Positions 17,545 through 26,178 of a stretch of DNA of 64,000 bases are shown piece after piece. Position 1 is the first letter of the stretch; each line of letters starts with the position of its first letter. Made by a program: the position numbers and the translations under genes. A model generated the notes under the pieces. That model did not search any database. It was not told the DNA's origin and saw only the letters and a list, made by a program, of their open reading frames with translations. Source of the stretch: Muribaculaceae bacterium (GTDB lineage Bacteria > Bacteroidota > Bacteroidia > Bacteroidales > Muribaculaceae). Location: NCBI GenBank assembly GCA_022509145.1, contig JAFLTX010000002.1:15398-79397 (forward strand). The letters run 5' to 3'.

Positions 17545-18371
17545 TCAAGCGTATTCTCAAGCAGACAGGCACGCGTGAGAGGTCCTACTCCGCCCGGCAC
17601 CGGCGTGATGGCGCCGGCCACCTCTTTGGCGCTTTCAAACTCCACGTCTCCGCAAAGCTTCCCCGTGGCCGGATTGCGGTTCACGCCCACGTCTATCACG
17701 ATGGCGCCCGGCTTTATCATATCGCCCTTCACCAGCTCCGGACGGCCCACGGCCACTACAAGGATGTCGGCCTCGCGCGTTACGGCCCCGAGGTCGGGCG
17801 TGCGGCTGTGCGCTATCGTCACGGTGGCATTCCGGTCGAGCAGAAGTTTGGCCACCGGGAGGCCCACGATGTTGCTGCGGCCCACCACCACGGCGCGCTT
17901 CCCGCTGATTTCAATCCCGTTGTCTTCAAGAATATGGATCACCCCCTTCGGGGTACAAGGCACGATGCACTGCTCTTTAAGCCACAGCCCTGCTACATTT
18001 CGCGGATGAAAACCATCCACGTCTTTCTCCGGCGAGACGGCGCGCAATATGCGGTCGGAGTCGATATGCTTCGGCAGCGGGAGCTGAATCAGTATCCCGT
18101 CAATCTCCGGATCGGCGTTCAGCTTCTCCACTTCCTGCAGAAGCTCCTGCTCGGCAATATCCTCCGGATAAGAGAGGGTGCTCCCGGCAAATCCCACCTC
18201 GGCACAATCCTTCGCCTTACCGGCCACATAGGAGCGGCTTCCGGGGTCGTCGCCAACAATTACCACCGCCAGGCCGGGGCGCCGTTTCCCCTCGCTCTGA
18301 AACGCTTCTACTCTCTCTGCTATTTTTCTCTTCATCTGTTGGGAAAGTGCTTTCCCGTCGAGTATTCTCAT
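17523..18371 (-). CDS. folD: Methylene-THF dehydrogenase/cyclohydrolase
   Basis: GILIQLPLP, KDVDGFHP, PCTPKG, GRSNIVGLP, TPVPGGVGP. Confidence 0.97.
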   Translation of the reverse strand: MRILDGKALSQQMKRKIAERVEAFQSEGKRRPGLAVVIVGDDPGSRSYVAGKAKDCAEVGFAGSTLSYPEDIAEQELLQEVEKLNADPEIDGILIQLPLPKHIDSDRILRAVSPEKDVDGFHPRNVAGLWLKEQCIVPCTPKGVIHILEDNGIEISGKRAVVVGRSNIVGLPVAKLLLDRNATVTIAHSRTPDLGAVTREADILVVAVGRPELVKGDMIKPGAIVIDVGVNRNPATGKLCGDVEFESAKEVAGAITPVPGGVGPLTRACLLENTLECYLRSL

Positions 18372-18403
18372 AGGTTTAAGGTTTTATTTTTCAGCTCTTG
18401 TTT

Positions 18404-18811
18404 TCAATTGAAATGTCCGTGAGGCAGGAGGGGAAGATTTCTGTAAATGGTCCATCCCACCATCAGCACCAAAAGAGTCAGAATCACCGGCCAGGAGCTC
18501 ACCACGCCGTAAAGGCGCGGATGCTTCTTCTTGGTGATCTCCGCATAAGCCACCAAGACGATGAACGGAATCATCACCATCAGGAAGGCATTCGCTTGAA
18601 AAGCGCCTGCAAAATCGCCGTTCAGCACTGCGTGAAGCGCCCGTTGCGACCCGCACCCCGGGCAGCTCAGCCCGGTAAAGAAGTTGAACGGGCAACGAGG
18701 CATCCACCCCGCCTGCAACGGGTCGAAGACGGCATATACCAGAAGTATCGCCGCCACCGCGCCCCAGACAATCAGGCTGGTGTATCGCTTTCCCGTGCTT
18801 TTGAGTATCAT
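18404..18811 (-). CDS. DUF2752 membrane protein
   Basis: PRCPFNFFTGLSCPGCGSQRALHAVLNGDF motif plus TM helices. Confidence 0.9.
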   Translation of the reverse strand: MILKSTGKRYTSLIVWGAVAAILLVYAVFDPLQAGWMPRCPFNFFTGLSCPGCGSQRALHAVLNGDFAGAFQANAFLMVMIPFIVLVAYAEITKKKHPRLYGVVSSWPVILTLLVLMVGWTIYRNLPLLPHGHFN

Positions 18812-18888
18812 CTGCTGCCGCTTGAAATTTGACGGACTCTCATTTTAAATCGAGTGCTCCTGTCTCAACTCTCTTTATCTGAAACTTT

Positions 18889-19947
18889 CTACCCCAGGAA
18901 GAGGGTGAGCGGCAGATAAAGCGTGGCCCAGATGATGCCGGCCACAACCGACACTATACACCATATCTGGGCTCTGCGCGACGCCCTTTTCGCACCCTCG
19001 ATGTCGCCTGCAAAGTATTTCGAACTCACCGACGACGAGTAGATGATGGCTATGATTCCCGGGATGAGGCAGCAAAGGATGGTGATTATCACCGACCACA
19101 CCAGATACGTATCCGGCATCGGTTCACGCCTCTGTTCATCCTCATAATAGGGCTGATAAGGATTTCTCCCGGGCTCTCCGCCGCCGTATTGACCGCCTTG
19201 GCCGGGACTGCCGCCGTAAGGCGCACCCGGGCGGTCCCAATACTGCTGCTGGCGTCTCCACTGATTTTCTGGCGCCTGCTCGGCCTGCCGTTCCGCAGCC
19301 TGCTGTTCCGCCTGCTCCCACTCTGCCTGCTGCTCCGGGTTTTCCGCCCGCGGAGCCTCACCTGCCTGAGAAGCGGCATTCTGATCTTCGCCGGCCTCAC
19401 CGTCGGTCTCGGGGTGGATGTCAAGCACTTTGGCCCACTCCTTCTCACCCTCGTCGAGATGCGCAAAGGGGTCTTTCTCGCGTGGGTCCTCTGCAGCCGG
19501 GCTTTCCTCGGCTTTCTCCGAGGGCGCCTCCGCCGGTTCCGTTTTCTCCGGCTCCTCCGGCTCCTCCGGCTTCGTTTCTATCTGGGGATGCACCGGCTCT
19601 CTCTTCTCCCCTTTCTTTATAACCTCAAGCGGGGTGCCTTCTACGGTAGCGGGATACACCACCGCGTCGCGGAAAGATTCCTCCACCGAAGCCGGGAGCG
19701 AAGAGGCGTAGTCGTCTACCACTATCAGCTCCACATCCCTCTCCTTGAGAAGGGCTGCCAATTCTTCGGCGGGAATCCCCTCGGTGTGCACCACCTCGAT
19801 TCCCTCCTCATTCAGCCTCGCGGCCACTGGAGCAGCCATGTCGTCGGTCAGGAGAACGGCCACCGTTACCCTGTTGCCGCCTTTGAAGAAGTCTACCAGG
19901 TGAGATGCCTTGGCACCTTCTCCCGATGCGAATATTGCAATTTTCAT
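18889..19947 (-). CDS. Fusion of a degenerate PurN-like N-terminus, a disordered linker and a CD225/dispanin domain
   Basis: MKIAIFASGEG (PurN IA.FASG.GSN loop); E/P/Q-rich linker; MPDTYLVWSVIITILCCLIPGIIAIIYSSSV...GDIEGAKRASRRA (CD225). Confidence 0.8.
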   Translation of the reverse strand: MKIAIFASGEGAKASHLVDFFKGGNRVTVAVLLTDDMAAPVAARLNEEGIEVVHTEGIPAEELAALLKERDVELIVVDDYASSLPASVEESFRDAVVYPATVEGTPLEVIKKGEKREPVHPQIETKPEEPEEPEKTEPAEAPSEKAEESPAAEDPREKDPFAHLDEGEKEWAKVLDIHPETDGEAGEDQNAASQAGEAPRAENPEQQAEWEQAEQQAAERQAEQAPENQWRRQQQYWDRPGAPYGGSPGQGGQYGGGEPGRNPYQPYYEDEQRREPMPDTYLVWSVIITILCCLIPGIIAIIYSSSVSSKYFAGDIEGAKRASRRAQIWCIVSVVAGIIWATLYLPLTLFLG

Positions 19948-19957
19948 AATATCTTCG

Positions 19958-21805
19958 TTACATCTGCTGAAGCATCACCAGCTTATGGTAAGCTCCCTGC
20001 AGGTTCATCAGTTCTGAATGGGTGCCCCTCTCCACGATGCGCCCGTCTTGGAGCACACAGATCAGGTCGGCGTTGACGATGGTGGAAAGCCTGTGGGCGA
20101 TGACGATTGTGGTGCGCGAGTGCATAAGGCGGTCGAGAGCCTCCTGCACCAGGCGTTCACTCTCGGTGTCGAGCGCCGAAGTGGCTTCGTCGAGTATCAG
20201 TATCGAGGGGTTGCGCAGAAGGGCTCGGGCTATGCTGAGGCGTTGCCGCTGGCCCCCGGACAACCGGTTTCCCCGGTCGCCGATATTGGTGGAATACCCC
20301 TCGGGTGTCTGCATGATGAATTCATGGGCGTTGGCCATCTTGGCGGCGGCTATCACCGACTCCTCCGTGGCCGACGGATCTCCGAAGGCTATGTTGTTGT
20401 AGATGGTGTCGTTGAAGAGAATCGGCTCCTGGTTCACAATCCCCATCATCGACCGCAGTTGGGTCACATCTGCCTCGCGCACATCCACACCGTTCACCAG
20501 CAGCGAACCGCCCGTTACATCCCAGAGCCTCGGTATGAGGTCGGCAAGCGTAGACTTCCCGGATCCCGACTGGCCCACGATGGCCACCGTCTGGCCCGGC
20601 TTTATCTCAAGCTCGATGTTGCGGAGCACACGCTTCTCCTCGCCGTCTACCTTCTCGTAGGCAAAACTTACATCTTTAAACTCTATGGAGCTGTTCTCAC
20701 CCTTGGGGAGGATGTCGCGCGGATGAGCGGGCGACTTGATGGGGTTCTCCGCGTCGATCACCTCATCCACCCTCTGCAGGGCCGCCAGACCGCGCTGCAT
20801 GGCATATCCCGTCTTAGCCAACTCTTTGGCCGGGTTGATGATGCTGTAGAATATCACCATGTAGTAGATGAAGCCGGCCGCGTCGATGGTGCTGTTGCCC
20901 GAGATGATCAGCGACCCGCCGAACCATAGCACCGCGCCTATGGCGATGGTGCCCAGGAGCTCGCTCATAGGGTGGGCCAGCGCGTTGCGCCGGGCCACAG
21001 CGTTAGACAGCCGGTAGAATGCGTCGGTAAGCTGCCTGAAAAGCCGCTCCATGTGGCCCTCGGCGTTGAAAGCCTTCACCACCCTCAGGCCTCCGATGGT
21101 TTCTTCTGTGGTGGAGAGGAGGCTCCCCGCCATCTGCTGCTGACGCAACGATTTAGCCTTCAGTTTCTTACCCACGCGGCCCATGATAAACCCTGCCACC
21201 GGGAGCAGCACAAAGACAAACACCGTGAGCTGCCAGCTGATGAATATCATCATCGCGAGGCACACCAGAATCATAATCGGATACTTCAACAGCGCGTTGA
21301 GGCTCGACGACACCGAGTTTTCCACCTCTCCCACATCGTTCATCACCCTCGAGATGATGTCGCCTTTACGCTCGTTGCTGAAAAATCCGATCGGCAACGA
21401 GAGGATCTTGTCGTAGAGAGTCTCGCGCAGGTCGCGCACGATGCCATTTCGCATCGGTATGATGAAATAATCCGTAAGATAGGCAGTGCCCACTTTCAGC
21501 AGTGTCATCCCTATGAGAAGGGCCGTGAGAAGCGCTAACGCCAATGAAGCGCCCGACACGCTGATGATATGGTCGATGAAATAATAGAAATTGTTTACGA
21601 GCGACTCCTTCAGATTGTCGGTGGTGGGCTCTATGTAGTCATAATGGCTCTCCGAGATGCCGAAAAGCATCTGAAGGATCGGGATAATGAAGGCAAACGA
21701 GAAGATGGTCATCAACGATGTAAGGATGTTGAAGACAAAGTTCAGGACTATGTTTCGTTTATACTTAAACCCGAACCTGCGGAAGAAACGCCACATATCT
21801 CTCAT
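19958..21805 (-). CDS. MsbA-like ABC exporter (TMD + NBD)
   Basis: GQSGSGKST, LSGGQRQR, ILDEATSALD, IAHRLST. Confidence 0.93.
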   Translation of the reverse strand: MRDMWRFFRRFGFKYKRNIVLNFVFNILTSLMTIFSFAFIIPILQMLFGISESHYDYIEPTTDNLKESLVNNFYYFIDHIISVSGASLALALLTALLIGMTLLKVGTAYLTDYFIIPMRNGIVRDLRETLYDKILSLPIGFFSNERKGDIISRVMNDVGEVENSVSSSLNALLKYPIMILVCLAMMIFISWQLTVFVFVLLPVAGFIMGRVGKKLKAKSLRQQQMAGSLLSTTEETIGGLRVVKAFNAEGHMERLFRQLTDAFYRLSNAVARRNALAHPMSELLGTIAIGAVLWFGGSLIISGNSTIDAAGFIYYMVIFYSIINPAKELAKTGYAMQRGLAALQRVDEVIDAENPIKSPAHPRDILPKGENSSIEFKDVSFAYEKVDGEEKRVLRNIELEIKPGQTVAIVGQSGSGKSTLADLIPRLWDVTGGSLLVNGVDVREADVTQLRSMMGIVNQEPILFNDTIYNNIAFGDPSATEESVIAAAKMANAHEFIMQTPEGYSTNIGDRGNRLSGGQRQRLSIARALLRNPSILILDEATSALDTESERLVQEALDRLMHSRTTIVIAHRLSTIVNADLICVLQDGRIVERGTHSELMNLQGAYHKLVMLQQM

Positions 21806-21842
21806 TGCAATTGCAAATTTAGCAAAAAAATCTCAAAAAAAG

Positions 21843-21870
21843 ATGCCGCAGTCAATGCGAGACTGCGGCA
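21843..21870 (-). terminator. Intrinsic terminator of the starch sus operon
   Basis: TGCCGCAGTC...GACTGCGGCA stem followed by a T-tract on the minus strand. Confidence 0.8.
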
Positions 21871-21894
21871 CCCTTGTCTGTCGGTTCCTATCGC

Positions 21895-23478
21895 TTATTG
21901 AGCGGGAGTAAGAGTCATATAGTACGGAGTCATGGTGCCGTCCTTATATTCTCTGTGGAAGTGAACGGTTACGTTGTAGGTGCCGTCGGCTTCTGCCTTG
22001 AAGTTGGCTCCGCCCATCACCAGTTCAACGTTCGAACCGTCTGTAGCAAAGCTGGCGGTTTCCTGGCCGTCGGCTGCCACGCCACCGAAGTTCACATCCC
22101 AAGCGCTGTTGGCGCGGATCTTCCATTCGTCGCCGGCTTTCACGGTCAGCGTGCCGGTCCAAGTCAGGAAGAAGTCGGTTTGCCATGAGCCGCGGAGGGC
22201 CACGTCGGGAGTTACGCTGCCGTCATCGTTGGCGTTGCCCCAGTTGTTGATTGTGCCTACTAAGCCGAGCGTACCGCAACGGTAGCCGGTGTAGGTGAGG
22301 TTCTGGAGGTTGGCCTTCAGGAAGAAGAGACCCTGCGTAGTGCCCGGCACGGGGATACCGTTGGTGGTGTTGACCACTTCGCCGGAGTTGTCGAAGAGCA
22401 GACCGCCTGAACGGGCGCCGTTGTCGGCTGTGGTAACTTCCACGTTCGGGTTCTTCATATAGGCTGTCGGGGTGTAGGCCTGCTGGCCGGTGAGACCCCA
22501 GTAACCCATAATACCGGTCATACCTTCATAGTTCACATAGTCGCTTGTTCCGAGCACACCGAGCTTGCTCCAGTCGCTCTGCTGAGTGGTCACAACATAG
22601 AGGAAGTTGGGCGACATCTTGATCTGATATTCCTTCGTCTCGGCGTTGAACTCAAGGATATACGGACCTTCCTCGGTTACGGCGATAGGTTCGCCACCGA
22701 GTACGAGCACGTCGCTTGTGCTGCCGAGGCCGTAATAGTCGGCTGTGGTCGAGCTTGAGTTGCGTGCGCTTTCCGGTACGATGTAGAGCGTGTAGCCAGT
22801 CGCTGCCTGGTCGGCTGTCACATCAAACTGGAAGGTATATACAGGATTGTCGTATCTGTCTTGCTCTTCGTCGCGGCTCATCACCACTGCAGTGGCAGCG
22901 GAGTTGTTGCCTACGAACGGACCGAATACGTAATAGTTCTCCTCTACGGTGATCGCCGGGGTCATACGGGTTTCCTCGATGCCGCCTTCCACTGCATAGT
23001 AGTCGGGAGAATTGTAACGGTAGCGAGTGCCGTCGAGAGTAACGTATACAGCCACTCTGTAGTAAGCGTCACACACGTTGATAGTGTTTCCGAAGAGCTC
23101 CAGGTGGGCGTCGTTCCAATCATACGAGTCGGCATAATAGATGCCAGAGTCGTCGTTGAGCTGAGTGGCGAGTTCCACCTTCTCATACTTGGCGAAGTCT
23201 TCGGTTGCGGAAAGTTGCAACACATAGTTTACGCTTGCTCCGGCGGGGAGATTCTCAGCTGAAATCAGCTTCACCACCGGGATGTTGGCGGTTGCGTAGT
23301 CTTCCAGGTTGAGCACCTCGTCCTGAAGCAGCACGCCGGCAGGTTCGGTCACGATGTCGCCATCGGTCATCAACGGCTCCTGAGGATTCACCTGCGGCTT
23401 GGCAGGTTCGATGGTCTCCTCACAAGCAGCGAACAGCAATCCGAAAGCTGCCAAAATCAATAAACTTATTTTCTTCAT
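21895..23478 (-). CDS. susF: SusF-like starch-binding outer membrane lipoprotein
   Basis: Lipobox FAAC; C-terminal GLVGTINNW...WKIRANSAWDVNFG...GTYNVT CBM motif. Confidence 0.8.
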   Translation of the reverse strand: MKKISLLILAAFGLLFAACEETIEPAKPQVNPQEPLMTDGDIVTEPAGVLLQDEVLNLEDYATANIPVVKLISAENLPAGASVNYVLQLSATEDFAKYEKVELATQLNDDSGIYYADSYDWNDAHLELFGNTINVCDAYYRVAVYVTLDGTRYRYNSPDYYAVEGGIEETRMTPAITVEENYYVFGPFVGNNSAATAVVMSRDEEQDRYDNPVYTFQFDVTADQAATGYTLYIVPESARNSSSTTADYYGLGSTSDVLVLGGEPIAVTEEGPYILEFNAETKEYQIKMSPNFLYVVTTQQSDWSKLGVLGTSDYVNYEGMTGIMGYWGLTGQQAYTPTAYMKNPNVEVTTADNGARSGGLLFDNSGEVVNTTNGIPVPGTTQGLFFLKANLQNLTYTGYRCGTLGLVGTINNWGNANDDGSVTPDVALRGSWQTDFFLTWTGTLTVKAGDEWKIRANSAWDVNFGGVAADGQETASFATDGSNVELVMGGANFKAEADGTYNVTVHFHREYKDGTMTPYYMTLTPAQ

Positions 23479-23551
23479 TTCTTTTCTGTTTTTTTAATTT
23501 TCCCGGCGGGGCCACCGCGAAGGCCCACCCCGCCGGAGGTGAGGATTTGAC

Positions 23552-24403
23552 TTATTCTTTAGGCTCTTGCAGTGTGAGATAGTATACACCGTCTTTCAGC
23601 TGCAGGTAAACGATGCCGGTGAACTCTTCGGCCACATTCAGGTTGGCGGGGTTCGAGCCGAGCTCGAGCTCTGTAACCTTGCCGATGGGCACGGTAGTGC
23701 CGCCGCCGAGGTTGAGGCTCTTCCATTCGGAGTCTGCCACCTTGAATTCGGTTCCGGCCGGGATTGTCACTTCCTGGGTTACCCAAGTGTCTTCTTCAGG
23801 ACCGGTTACAAACTGCCAGTCTGCCGAAGCGCCCCAGTCGTTCATACCGCCGCGCAGATAGATGTTGACGGGTTCGCCCGGGTTCCAGATAGCGATGTAG
23901 CCCGGAGCGATGGAGATATGGTCGAAGTAGGTCACGTTGGAGAGGTATTGGGTGTTGGAAGGCGACTGCTCCAGATAAGCCCTGAGGCGCACGTAGATGC
24001 GGTTGTATCCTTCCGGAATGTCATCCTCTGTAACCACGTCGAAGAGCTTCTCGATCGATGAAGCCATATCCTTGTTCACGGGATTGATGTTTTCACAATC
24101 GTAGAAAGCCTGGGAAATCTCCTCATATCTCTCGAAGTCATCCGTCAGTGAGAGCTGCACCTTGTAAGTGGTAAGTGCAGCATATCCCATGTCGGGCTGG
24201 GAGCAGGTGAGATGAAGTGTGGAGGTTGCGTTCTCCTTCGACAGCTCGATATATTGATTCTGGAGCACGGGAGTGTTCAGGAAGTTGTCGGTGATGACGC
24301 CTTCGTGTGTCTCCAGTCTCGGATTGTTGTCCCAGGTCTCATAGCAGCTCGTGAGCGAAATCATGGCGGCCACCCAGGCAAACATTAAACATATTTTTTT
24401 CAT
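23552..24403 (-). CDS. susE: SusE-like lipoprotein
   Basis: Lipobox LTSC; LTCSQPDMGY, YVRLRA, IYLRGGMNDW...EFKVAD. Confidence 0.8.
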   Translation of the reverse strand: MKKICLMFAWVAAMISLTSCYETWDNNPRLETHEGVITDNFLNTPVLQNQYIELSKENATSTLHLTCSQPDMGYAALTTYKVQLSLTDDFERYEEISQAFYDCENINPVNKDMASSIEKLFDVVTEDDIPEGYNRIYVRLRAYLEQSPSNTQYLSNVTYFDHISIAPGYIAIWNPGEPVNIYLRGGMNDWGASADWQFVTGPEEDTWVTQEVTIPAGTEFKVADSEWKSLNLGGGTTVPIGKVTELELGSNPANLNVAEEFTGIVYLQLKDGVYYLTLQEPKE

Positions 24404-24453
24404 ATTCTTTGTCTTATCCTTATATTAACATTAAAGACTTTCGATACTCCTTA

Positions 24454-26157
24454 TCAATAGCCGGGGTTCTGCTTGAAGTCAGGCTGGGCCGAACGCACGG
24501 TGTAAGGTATGGGATAGAGGTTGTTGCGCTGCGAGATGCGGGTACCGTCGGCATTGTTGATGTTACCCTTGAACTGCCATACGGTCTGGGCCGGGTCGGC
24601 AAACATCTTGTTGCGCACAAGGTCGGTGCGGCGAACGCTTTCAAGATAGAGCTCGCGTGAGCGTTCCTCCATGAGGTTCCTGATTGTGAGCTCGGTCACG
24701 GCGAAAGGCACTGCATGGGCGCGTTCTCTCACGTAGTTTACGTATTGGAGCGCCTTGCTTGCGTCGCCTACATTACCCGACAGATAGCATTCGGCATACA
24801 TCAGATAGATGTCGGCCAGGCGGATTACGGGCTGGTCCGTAGAAGCGAAAGCTGTCTCGGGGAAACCGCAGTCGAATGTTCCGTCAGGAAGCTCGGTCAT
24901 GTTCCAACCGCCGTCTTTGGCAGCGTTGGGAGTACGGCCTGTAAACTTGATGATGGCGTTGCCGCCGGTTGTCTTCCAGTCGCCGGTGAAGCCGGTGAAC
25001 CAGTCGGTGTAGTTTTCAGCGTCCCAAGCACCGTCGGGGTCGGCGGGCATCATGCCGCGCAGCCAGAGGTCGTCGCGAACGTCCTGGTTGTCTTGGCCCA
25101 TGAAGCGTTCAGCCATCTGGTAGCGGCCGCGGATACAGCTCCATTCAGCCGAGCAGCCGTAATATTGGCGCGGGCAGTAGTGGGTGTTGGAGATGGTGCC
25201 CGAGATTACGAACGACGGGCCGCCGTAGCTCTGGGTGTAAGTGTCGTTGAAAGCGATGCCGAAGAGGATCTCGTTCTCGCCGGGATTCGAACCGCCGGGC
25301 ATGTAGGCGTCGTTGTCGCGGCAGAAGAGGTAGAGATAGTGCTCGGCAAGACCGCTGCCGTTGAAGCCTGTGCCCTGGTGGCGTGCGATGATGTTTTCGC
25401 AGCGCATCTGGCAGTCGGCCCAGCGCGGTGTGCCCGAGAATACCTCGGCGTTCAGATAGAGGCGGGCGAGGAGGGCCTCGGCGCCGTCAAGACCTACACG
25501 GCCGTAGAGAGGGCTCGAAGAGATGAGCTTGTTGTCTACGATGTCGAGAAGCTCTTTCTCCACCCAGTTGAAGATGAACTCGCGGCTCACCTGCTCGGGC
25601 ATCGCGCCGGCCTCGGCGTCTTCAGTGATAAACGAAGTCATGCCGAAGAGGTCCATCATATTATAGTAGGAGAAGGCGCGGAGCACTCTGGCCTCGGCCT
25701 TGAGCTCCTGCATTTCGCTGCTGTTGTCGTCCTTGGTGTTGGTAAGGAACTGGTTGCAGAGACCGATGTGGGCCATCAGGCGATAGTAAGCGCCGTTGAT
25801 GATCACGTTGTTGTCGCTCCAGGTGGCGGCGATGATGTCGCCGATACCCTCGTCGTTAGGCCAGATCCAGATCATTTCGTCGGCACAGAATTCGTTGAGG
25901 GTGAACATCAGGCGCAGGTAGGCCGACGTACCGCCGTCAAGACCGTCAATGTCGACGTAAGACGAACCCGCGCCGGAGATACCGCTGCATGCGATGCCGG
26001 CGTAGCACATGGCAAGCCCGTTCTCATTGAAGTTCTGACTTCCGGGCTCCACCAGGTTCGGGTCGTTGGGCTGCAGGTCAAGGTCGCCTACACATGATGT
26101 AGCGCCAAATGCCAGCAAAGCCACACATCCTGAAACTATATATTTCTTAATATTCAT
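24454..26157 (-). CDS. susD: SusD (starch type)
   Basis: SCVGDLDLQPNDP, AEARVLRAFSYY, IRLADIYLMYAE, ERSRELYLE..RRTDLVR, QNPGY. Confidence 0.95.
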   Translation of the reverse strand: MNIKKYIVSGCVALLAFGATSCVGDLDLQPNDPNLVEPGSQNFNENGLAMCYAGIACSGISGAGSSYVDIDGLDGGTSAYLRLMFTLNEFCADEMIWIWPNDEGIGDIIAATWSDNNVIINGAYYRLMAHIGLCNQFLTNTKDDNSSEMQELKAEARVLRAFSYYNMMDLFGMTSFITEDAEAGAMPEQVSREFIFNWVEKELLDIVDNKLISSSPLYGRVGLDGAEALLARLYLNAEVFSGTPRWADCQMRCENIIARHQGTGFNGSGLAEHYLYLFCRDNDAYMPGGSNPGENEILFGIAFNDTYTQSYGGPSFVISGTISNTHYCPRQYYGCSAEWSCIRGRYQMAERFMGQDNQDVRDDLWLRGMMPADPDGAWDAENYTDWFTGFTGDWKTTGGNAIIKFTGRTPNAAKDGGWNMTELPDGTFDCGFPETAFASTDQPVIRLADIYLMYAECYLSGNVGDASKALQYVNYVRERAHAVPFAVTELTIRNLMEERSRELYLESVRRTDLVRNKMFADPAQTVWQFKGNINNADGTRISQRNNLYPIPYTVRSAQPDFKQNPGY

Positions 26158-26178
26158 ATTTTCAGATATTTATATTTG

